DNA of 64,000 nucleotides from Candidatus Omnitrophota bacterium (GTDB lineage Bacteria; Omnitrophota; Gorgyraeia; JAHIPI01): NCBI GenBank assembly GCA_018894435.1, contig JAHIPI010000027.1, positions 1,552 to 65,551 of the forward strand, read 5' to 3'. Shown piece by piece: positions 57,352 to 64,000 of this stretch (position 1 is its first letter; each line of letters starts with the position of its first letter). The notes under the pieces were generated by a model. It saw only the letters and a program-made list of their open reading frames with translations, ran no database searches and was not told where the DNA came from. The position numbers and the translations under genes were made by a program.

Positions 57352-57987
57352 TTAACCTTTTAGATACTTAGTTACTTCTTTTTTGACAATTTGGTGCGTC
57401 TTCTCTATCGTGCTCTGTGTTTTTATTACTTTTATCCTCTTCTTGTCACCTCGCGCAAGCGTAAGATATCCGCGTCTTACCGCTTCGTGATATGCGAGCG
57501 ATTTTCTTTCCATGCGGTCGGGCCCTTTGTATTTCCTCTTTCCGCTCGCCCTTTTAAGTCCAACTTTTACGCCGATATCCAATAATATAGTGATATCCGG
57601 CCTTATGCCCTGCGTCGCATAGCCATCGATGGTCTTTATCGTCTTGATATCCTGGTTGCCGGCAAAGCCCTGGTAGGCAAGTGTAGCATCGCTGAACCTG
57701 TCGCTTATTACTATAAGGTCTTTTGACAAAGATGGCAGGATAATCTTCTCTACGAGCGCGGCGCGGCTCGCTTCAAACAGCAATGTCTCGCAAACCGCAT
57801 TTATGCCTTTATGCTTTGGGTTAAGCAGAATTTCCCTTATCTTTTCGCTGAGCGGTATGCCGCCGGGTTCGCGCGTCAATACGCACTTATAACCTTCGCT
57901 TACAAGATAAGTATAAAGAAGCGAGGCCTGCGTCGTCTTGCCCGAGCCCTCCGGCCCTTCAAATGTTATGAATACGCCTTTTTTCAT
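57352..57987 (-). CDS. tmk: Thymidylate kinase
   Basis: GVFITFEGPEGSGKTTQASLL... Confidence 0.9.
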   Translation of the reverse strand: MKKGVFITFEGPEGSGKTTQASLLYTYLVSEGYKCVLTREPGGIPLSEKIREILLNPKHKGINAVCETLLFEASRAALVEKIILPSLSKDLIVISDRFSDATLAYQGFAGNQDIKTIKTIDGYATQGIRPDITILLDIGVKVGLKRASGKRKYKGPDRMERKSLAYHEAVRRGYLTLARGDKKRIKVIKTQSTIEKTHQIVKKEVTKYLKG

Positions 57988-58871
57988 CCCTTGATTCCGC
58001 TCAGCTTGATACCTTCGACAAAGAACCTCTGGTTAAATACGAATACTAAGATAACGGGGATCGTGACTAAAAGCGAGCCAGCCATAAGAAGGCTCCAGTC
58101 GGGCTGGGTATACTGGTAGACCTCCTGGAAATACGCAAGGCCTATGGGCAGGGTTTTTTTCTCTACCGATTCGGTAACTAAGAGCGGCCACATAAAATTA
58201 TTCCATGAAGCCATAAACGTAAAAGTGGTCAAAGTCGCCAGAATCGGCTTCGAAAGAGGCAAAATTATCTTCCAGAAAATCCCGAACAAACTGCATCCGT
58301 CTATCCTGGCCGCGTCCTCAAGGTCGCGCGGTATTCCCATAAAGAATTGGCGCAGCATAAATGTGCCGTAAGCGGTAAATATGGCCGGGATTATGAGCGC
58401 TTTGTACGAATCTATCCACCTGAAATGGACCATAAGTATATATACCGGTACGAGCGTCACCGAACCCGGTATCATCATCGTCGCAAGATACGAGAAAAAT
58501 ATCTTGTCCCTTCCGGGAAAAGTAAGGCGCGAAAATGCGTATGCCGCGAAAGCGCTCGTGAACACCTGCCCCAGCGTAACGGCAAGGGCAACAAGTATGC
58601 TGTTAAGATAAAACCTCGCGAACGGCACTACTTTCCATACTTTCAAATAACTCGCCCACACTACCGGGTCAGGTATCCATTTTGGCGGAAACGCGTATAC
58701 CGCCTGCGGCTCTTTTAGTGATGTGGAGATCATCCACAAAAACGGCAAAATCATGGTAATGCCGAAGAGTACGAGGAAGGCGTAGGTAATGCCTTTGAAG
58801 ATAAGCTCGCGTCTGGTTTTACGCCGTTTGGATTCCGCTAATTCTTTTGATATTACTTCTGTTTTTTTCAT
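57984..58871 (-). CDS. Carbohydrate ABC transporter permease (MalG/UgpE-like)
   Basis: EAA loop ...DLEDAARIDGCSLFGIFWKIILPLSKP; six transmembrane helices. Confidence 0.8.
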   Translation of the reverse strand: MKKTEVISKELAESKRRKTRRELIFKGITYAFLVLFGITMILPFLWMISTSLKEPQAVYAFPPKWIPDPVVWASYLKVWKVVPFARFYLNSILVALAVTLGQVFTSAFAAYAFSRLTFPGRDKIFFSYLATMMIPGSVTLVPVYILMVHFRWIDSYKALIIPAIFTAYGTFMLRQFFMGIPRDLEDAARIDGCSLFGIFWKIILPLSKPILATLTTFTFMASWNNFMWPLLVTESVEKKTLPIGLAYFQEVYQYTQPDWSLLMAGSLLVTIPVILVFVFNQRFFVEGIKLSGIKG

Positions 58872-58888
58872 TTTTCCACCAAAAAAAA

Positions 58889-58946
58889 GGGGACAGGCTA
58901 CTTTTCCAAAAGAAGAAAGGCTTTTCCAAAAAAGTAGCCTGTCCCC
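58889..58946. terminator. Long perfect hairpin (17-bp stem GGGGACAGGCTACTTTT ... AAAAGTAGCCTGTCCCC), flanked by an A-run and a T-run, between the two permease genes
   Basis: aaaaaaaaggggacaggctacttttccaaaagaagaaaggcttttccaaaaaagtagcctgtcccctttttttaa. Confidence 0.45.
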
Positions 58947-58951
58947 TTTTT

Positions 58952-59914
58952 TTAATACTGAACCAGCTTCCCGCCAAATCGCCAGTTAATGATCGTTATT
59001 ATGAATATAATGATAAACAGAAACCACGCCACGCTGGCGGCATATCCGACGTGGTGCCATTCGTACAAGTTATTATATATGTAATACTCCAATGTCGTAG
59101 TAGCGCCGTTCGGGCCGCCGCGCGTCATTATATACGCCTGTTCAAACCCGCCCTGAAAGCCCCATATGATACTCATTATTGTTATAAAAAATGTGGTGGG
59201 GCTTATCATCGGCCAAGTAACAGACCAGAATTTCTGCCATCCATTCGCGCCGTCTATTTCCGCCGCTTCATAGAAATCCTTGGGGATATTCTGCAGTGCC
59301 GCAAGATAGAGTATAGTATTATATCCGCCTATCGCGACCCACAGGCTCATTAACATAAGAGACGGTTTTGCCCACGCTATAGACGACAGCCACAAAGGCC
59401 CCTCCCATGCAAAGCCCAACATGCTGCCCAGCTTTGCAATCATGCTGTTTAGGAGCCCGAAATTCGGATTATATATCCATTGCCAGAGAAGGCATATAGC
59501 TACGCCGTTTGATATGGTGGGAAGAAAGTATATGGTCCTGAATGCCGTTATGCCCTTCAATTTCTGATTCATTATGATAGCGAGAATAAGCGAAGAAAAT
59601 ATCTGTATGGGTATGACCATCATAAGAAAGATGGTGTTCCCGGTAAATTTCCAGAACTTAGGGTCATTGGCTGCCCATGCGCCGTTATGGCAATGAAACC
59701 CTAACAATTTAATAAAATTATCAAAGCCCACAAACTTCGTCGAGAGGACCTGAGGCCATGGCACAAGCTGCGCGTCCATAAAACTGAGGAAGAGTGACGC
59801 CAAAACAGGCAGCGATGTAAAGATGAGAAATCCGAGCAGGTTGGGCAGTAGAAATGTATACGCGACCGCCGATTCTATATTCTTGGCTTTCCAGGCTTTC
59901 ACTCCGCCCTCCAT
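58952..59914 (-). CDS. Carbohydrate ABC transporter permease (MalF/UgpA-like)
   Basis: ...FYEAAEIDGANGWQKFWSVTWPMISP... Confidence 0.8.
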   Translation of the reverse strand: MEGGVKAWKAKNIESAVAYTFLLPNLLGFLIFTSLPVLASLFLSFMDAQLVPWPQVLSTKFVGFDNFIKLLGFHCHNGAWAANDPKFWKFTGNTIFLMMVIPIQIFSSLILAIIMNQKLKGITAFRTIYFLPTISNGVAICLLWQWIYNPNFGLLNSMIAKLGSMLGFAWEGPLWLSSIAWAKPSLMLMSLWVAIGGYNTILYLAALQNIPKDFYEAAEIDGANGWQKFWSVTWPMISPTTFFITIMSIIWGFQGGFEQAYIMTRGGPNGATTTLEYYIYNNLYEWHHVGYAASVAWFLFIIIFIITIINWRFGGKLVQY

Positions 59915-61329
59915 TTCGGGCCGTCTTTGGTATCCTCTATTATGACGCCCTCTTTTTCGAGGCCTTTTCTTATATCATCCGCCAACTTATAGTCTTTTTT
60001 CCTTCTTGCTTCTTCGCGCGCCCGGACTTTTTCGCTTATTGTTTTTTCAAGCTCGATCGGGATATCTTTTTTTACAAACGTAAGCCCCAGTACCTTTGCC
60101 GCCCCTCTTATAGTATCGGACAATTCTTTTAAAAGTGCCGATTTCACCGCCGGTTCTATGCCGCCGGAGGTAAGCGCAGAATTACCGGCTGTTACGGCTT
60201 CAAAAATTACCGCTAAAGCGCGCGCTGTATTGAAATCGTCTTCCATTGCCTTTTCAAACTCGGCGCGTATGGCTTCGACGGTTCCCGAGCCGGATGATTT
60301 TTTGGCCGACGCATTCTTGGAAACAAAGTCACCTGCCGCTTCAAGAAATATCCTGATCCTTAAAACGGCCGAGCCTGCCGCTTCTATCGCCTCATCCGTA
60401 AAATCTACCGGGCTTCTATAATGGCTTGATAAGAAAAATACCTTAAGGATATCCGGGTCTTTATACTTTTTTAGAAAATCGGCTATCGTAAGGTAATTCC
60501 CGAGCGACTTTGCCATCTTCTGGCCTCCTATGACAAGAAGGCCGTTATGCATCCAGCAGCGCGCAAATTTCTTTCCCGCGCCCTCTGACTGCGCAATCTC
60601 ATTTTCATGATGCGGAAATATAAGGTCTATACCGCCGCCGTGGATATCAAACTTATCCCCGAGTATATCGGAGCTCATTACGGAACACTCGATATGCCAG
60701 CCCGGCCTGCCGTCGCCCCAGGGGCTCGGCCAGGAAGGCTCATCTTCCTTTGCCTTTTTCCACAAAGCAAAGTCGAGCGCGTCTTTTTTATTCTCGCCGG
60801 AAATCACTCTTCGGCCGGACTCCATATTTCCAATGGACTGATTTGACAGCTTTCCGTAATTTTTGGCCTTTTTAATATCGAAATATACGTCGCCGGACGC
60901 GGCATATGCGGCGCCATGTTCTATAAGATGTTCAATAAACTTGACCATTTTGGCTATGTAGGCCGTGGCTCTTGGCTCCAAGTCGGGTTCCATAATGCCG
61001 AGTGTTTCCATAGCCTTATGATACGAATCGAGATACTTGGAAGATACTTCGCTGACCGCGCTCAAAAGTTCCTTCCCGGCAAATTCCTTTTTCGCTTTAT
61101 CTATTATCTTATCGTCCACATCCGTAACATTGCGGACGTATTTCACACTATAGCCTTTATATTTAAAATAATTGCGGACAACATCAAAAATAAAGGCCCC
61201 TCTCGCATGACCTATGTGCGGTTCGTCGTACACCGTGGGGCCGCATACGTACATTGTGACATGTTTCGCTTTTATCGGCCTGAATTCTTCCTTCTTTCGT
61301 GTGAGTGAATTATATATATAGATAGACAT
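59899..61329 (-). CDS. cysS: Cysteinyl-tRNA synthetase
   Basis: ...MYVCGPTVYDEPHIGHARGAF... and KMAKSLGN. Confidence 0.9.
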   Translation of the reverse strand: MSIYIYNSLTRKKEEFRPIKAKHVTMYVCGPTVYDEPHIGHARGAFIFDVVRNYFKYKGYSVKYVRNVTDVDDKIIDKAKKEFAGKELLSAVSEVSSKYLDSYHKAMETLGIMEPDLEPRATAYIAKMVKFIEHLIEHGAAYAASGDVYFDIKKAKNYGKLSNQSIGNMESGRRVISGENKKDALDFALWKKAKEDEPSWPSPWGDGRPGWHIECSVMSSDILGDKFDIHGGGIDLIFPHHENEIAQSEGAGKKFARCWMHNGLLVIGGQKMAKSLGNYLTIADFLKKYKDPDILKVFFLSSHYRSPVDFTDEAIEAAGSAVLRIRIFLEAAGDFVSKNASAKKSSGSGTVEAIRAEFEKAMEDDFNTARALAVIFEAVTAGNSALTSGGIEPAVKSALLKELSDTIRGAAKVLGLTFVKKDIPIELEKTISEKVRAREEARRKKDYKLADDIRKGLEKEGVIIEDTKDGPKWRAE

Positions 61330-61343
61330 TTAATTTCACTTCT

Positions 61344-61360
61344 AGCTGAAAGCTTAATTA
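61344..61360. repeat. Partial family-B element (AGCTGAAAGCTTAATTA), matching the end of the 25714..25808 element
   Basis: Same 17-mer as 25794..25810. Confidence 0.35.
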
Positions 61361-62074
61361 TTTTTTCTCGTGCCAGTCCTTGATTTCCGACTCTATTTTA
61401 TCTATCTCTTCCTGCAGACGGTCCAGCGAATTTGCGAGGGGATCGGGCAATGATGTATAATCCAGATTTATTCCGGGTATCTTTTTGCCTTCTCTTCTGG
61501 TTATGCGTCCGGGTACGCCTACGACCGTAGAATTCGGCGGGACGTCCCTTACCACAACGGCGTTTGCGCCTATGCTTACATTGTCGCCTATCGTTATATT
61601 GCCAAGGACCTTTGCCCCCGCTCCCACTACTATATTATCTCCCAAGGTCGGATGGCGCTTGCCCTTTTCCTTTCCTGTACCGCCCAGTGTCACGCCTTGA
61701 AATAGCGTAACGTTACTCCCTATTATCGTCGTCTCCCCTATAACAACGCCCATGCCGTGGTCTATAAATAGGTTCTTACCTATCGTCGCGCCCGGATGGA
61801 TCTCGATGCCTGTGATTAATTTCCCGAGTTGTGAAAGAAGCCTCGGCAGGAAAGGTATTTTCGCATTGTGAAGAGTGCGGGTTATCTTATGTATAACTAT
61901 GGCATGAAATCCTGAATACGTAAGCATTATCTCTATAGGGCTCGTCGCCGCAGGATCTCTCTCAAGGGCGGATTTTATCTCATTCTTGAAGAATGTGGCC
62001 GCCAATATTAAATAGAGGGCTGTCAGGATTATAATCAAAACCAGAAATTCTAATATCACGCCGAGTAGAAGCAT
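61358..62074 (-). CDS. cysE: Serine O-acetyltransferase (short Bacillus-type); the N-terminal hydrophobic 27 aa is probably an ORF over-call (TTG at 62005 gives a canonical N-terminus)
   Basis: ...ALERDPAATSPIEIMLTYSGFHAIVIHKI... plus hexapeptide repeats. Confidence 0.85.
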   Translation of the reverse strand: MLLLGVILEFLVLIIILTALYLILAATFFKNEIKSALERDPAATSPIEIMLTYSGFHAIVIHKITRTLHNAKIPFLPRLLSQLGKLITGIEIHPGATIGKNLFIDHGMGVVIGETTIIGSNVTLFQGVTLGGTGKEKGKRHPTLGDNIVVGAGAKVLGNITIGDNVSIGANAVVVRDVPPNSTVVGVPGRITRREGKKIPGINLDYTSLPDPLANSLDRLQEEIDKIESEIKDWHEKK

Positions 62075-62078
62075 TTCA

Positions 62079-62555
62079 TTATCCTTTTTCTAGTAAAGCC
62101 GCAGCCTGGGCGGCTATCGCCTCACCTCTTCCGAGGGCGCCGACGCCTTCGGTGGTAGTCGCTTTGATATTTACCTTCTCTTTATCTATATTAAGCGCCT
62201 CTGCAATAGAGACTCGCATCTTCTCTCTGAAGGGGCTTATCTTCGGCTCTTCCATGACCATTATGATATCTATATTGCCGATGCGCCATTTGTCCCTTTC
62301 CAGCATGGCATTTACTTCCCTGATAAGCTCTTTGCTTGATATGCCCTTGTATTTAGGTTCGTAATCCGGAAAATGCTGGCCGATGTCACCAAATCCGGCC
62401 GCGCCTAAAAGCGCGTCACATATGGCATGAAGCACTACATCAGCGTCGGAGTGGCCTTCCAGCCCTTTGGCATACGGAATCTCCACTCCCCCGAGAAAAA
62501 GCTTTCTTTCTTTCACTAAGCGGTGAAAATCGTAACCTATGCCTATCCTTATCAT
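62079..62555 (-). CDS. ispF: 2-C-methyl-D-erythritol 2,4-cyclodiphosphate synthase
   Basis: [13 protein letters not shown]...GHSDADVVLHAICDALLGA. Confidence 0.9.
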   Translation of the reverse strand: MIRIGIGYDFHRLVKERKLFLGGVEIPYAKGLEGHSDADVVLHAICDALLGAAGFGDIGQHFPDYEPKYKGISSKELIREVNAMLERDKWRIGNIDIIMVMEEPKISPFREKMRVSIAEALNIDKEKVNIKATTTEGVGALGRGEAIAAQAAALLEKG

Positions 62556-63238
62556 AATAAATGTTGCCTTAGAAGCGCTTGGGCTATTTTTAAATCCTCT
62601 ACCGTCGTAATCTTAATATTCTTATAATCGCCTTTTACGATCTTGACTTTTGTGCCGGCGCACTCGACCAGCGCGGCATCATCCGTGTAATATTTCCCGC
62701 GAGCCGCCTTCTTGTAAGCGCTTTCTATAATCTTCCGTCTAAAGGCCTGCGGTGTCTCGGCTTCCCATAAATGCCGCCGCTCGGGCGTATAGCTCACGAA
62801 TGACCGGTCACGAGACACCTTTATAGTCGGTTTGACCGGGTGAGCTAAAATTGCCGCGCCGAATCTCGCTGCCGCATTAACGACTTTTTTGACAAGGCCC
62901 TTATCTACAAAAGGCCTTACGCCGTCATGTATCAACACGAGCCGCGCATCCTTACCGACGCGCGCTAAACCATTCTTGACCGATTGTGACCTTACCCGTC
63001 CGCCTTTTACTATGTGCGTTACTTTATTTATGCGGTACTTTTTGACGAGCGACGCCGCTTTTTTTATTAACGGCCTATCCACTACCAGAATAATATCATT
63101 TATTACAGGAGAACGTTCAAAAGCCATAAGCGCATATGTCACCAACGGCCTCTTCCCCAATCTTACAAAGGGCTTTTTCCCATTCGATTTAAACCTTCTT
63201 CCTTTCCCCGCCGCAACAACTATAGCTGTAGTATTCAA
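62552..63238 (-). CDS. ispD: 2-C-methyl-D-erythritol 4-phosphate cytidylyltransferase
   Basis: [21 protein letters not shown]... Confidence 0.9.
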   Translation of the reverse strand: MNTTAIVVAAGKGRRFKSNGKKPFVRLGKRPLVTYALMAFERSPVINDIILVVDRPLIKKAASLVKKYRINKVTHIVKGGRVRSQSVKNGLARVGKDARLVLIHDGVRPFVDKGLVKKVVNAAARFGAAILAHPVKPTIKVSRDRSFVSYTPERRHLWEAETPQAFRRKIIESAYKKAARGKYYTDDAALVECAGTKVKIVKGDYKNIKITTVEDLKIAQALLRQHLL

Positions 63239-63984
63239 CGTCGCTTGTCACCTTCTTCGAGTTTGGCAAAGATCATCCTGCCGGCAGAGGTCTGAAGGAC
63301 GCTAGTGACTATAACTTTGAGGGCCTGCCCGATAAGATACCTGGCGTTATCCACAACGACCATGGTACCGTCGTCCAGATACGCAACGCCCTGGTTGTAT
63401 TCCTTGCCTTCCTTGGTGATCCTGACCTGCATTACCTCGCCGGGCAATACTACCGGCCTCAGCGCATTCGCAAGGTCGTTGATATTCAGCACTGTAACGC
63501 CCTGAAGTTCCGCTATCTTATTCAGGTTATAATCATTCGTAACTATCTTGCCGCTCAAGACTGTTGCCATCTTTATAAGTTTTGCGTCTACATCCGTTAT
63601 CTCGGGAAAATCTTCGTCGGCTATCTTTATATTCATGCTGGGATTTTTCTGCATTTTGTTCAATATGTCCAAACCGCGGCGGCCCCTGTTGCGTTTAAGC
63701 GTATCATTGGAATCGGCTACCTGCTGCAGCTCTTTCAATACAAAACGCGGTATTACAAGATGGCCGCTTATAAATTTGGTCTGGCATATGTCTGCGATCC
63801 TGCCGTCTATAATTACGGAAGTATCCAGGATTATAAGCTCCTCCGCCTGGTCGCGCCGGTCAAACTTCACATAAGGTATTATAAGGCTGAACTCGTCCTT
63901 ACCGCGAAGCGAAATTACCATTCCCAGATAACAGAATATCAGTGTTAGAACGATCTGTATTGAAAGAAAGATCTCCGAATTCAT
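63235..63984 (-). CDS. yacL: PIN plus TRAM domain membrane-anchored protein (YacL-like)
   Basis: N-terminal transmembrane helix; PIN region [17 protein letters not shown]; C-terminal TRAM-like region. Positioned upstream of ispD-ispF as in Bacillus. Confidence 0.7.
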   Translation of the reverse strand: MNSEIFLSIQIVLTLIFCYLGMVISLRGKDEFSLIIPYVKFDRRDQAEELIILDTSVIIDGRIADICQTKFISGHLVIPRFVLKELQQVADSNDTLKRNRGRRGLDILNKMQKNPSMNIKIADEDFPEITDVDAKLIKMATVLSGKIVTNDYNLNKIAELQGVTVLNINDLANALRPVVLPGEVMQVRITKEGKEYNQGVAYLDDGTMVVVDNARYLIGQALKVIVTSVLQTSAGRMIFAKLEEGDKRR

Positions 63985-64000
63985 CGGGATAAGCTTGATA

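Noticed and set aside
61994-62074. Apparent N-terminal transmembrane-like helix on CysE (MLLLGVILEFLVLIIILTALYLILAAT)
   Set aside because: It is probably an over-extended ORF. A TTG at 62005 would give an N-terminus beginning AATFFKNEIKSALERDPAA, matching short Bacillus-type CysE (FFRMLKEDIDTVFDQDPAA). It is not proposed as a membrane-anchored enzyme without further evidence.

Overview
This 64-kb window is bacterial chromosomal DNA with almost every gene on the minus strand. The LPS/KDO genes point to a Gram-negative host. The expanded DUF1559 prepilin-like genes suggest a PVC-like or candidate-phylum lineage, but that is inference. Three things stand out.

1. Two-partner secretion locus (1..13.5 kb). 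A giant, internally repetitive TpsA/filamentous-haemagglutinin-like exoprotein is open across at least 3,435 codons and runs off the left edge of the window. It starts with a signal peptide and a TPS domain carrying the NPNGI motif. Its TpsB transporter carries an unusual C-terminal tail of three TPR-like repeats. A small secreted protein with the same repeat flavour and a GIY-YIG nuclease gene sit between the two.

2. Conserved housekeeping blocks. An LPS core / lipid A / KDO cluster (kdsC, kdsD, kdsA, kdsB, hldE kinase, three GT9 heptosyltransferase genes plus two tandem GT4-GT9 fusion paralogs, an LpxL-ELM1 fusion, lpxK, waaA) is followed by xerC-topA-dprA, aroK/aroC/pilD/aroE, leuA-ilvC-ilvH-ilvB-ilvD behind a consensus sigma70 promoter, alr, tsaB/tsaE/thiL, mtnA, a DUF362-ferredoxin gene, a CPBP protease, tatD, metG, yaaT-holB-tmk, two ABC permeases and cysS-cysE-ispF-ispD-yacL.

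3. Dense small palindromic repeats. (A) A 28-bp REP unit, GGGGTCAGACCC-TCGTTATGT(A/T)AACTAC, occurs at 11 loci, often as inverted doublets. It sits beside a RAYT (REP-associated Y1 transposase) gene flanked by inverted REPs. Several REPs are fused to gene ends and supply stop codons or C-terminal tails; one lies in-frame inside tsaB. (B) Heptamer (CAGCTTT)n hairpin palindromes occur at 5 loci; two of them bracket a four-helix-bundle (23S rRNA IVS-family) gene like a small cassette. (C) GTAG-initiated hairpins show compensatory base changes. (D) GTCCCGCC-NNNN-GGCGGGAC hairpins recur.

No rRNA, tRNA or CRISPR array was recognised.
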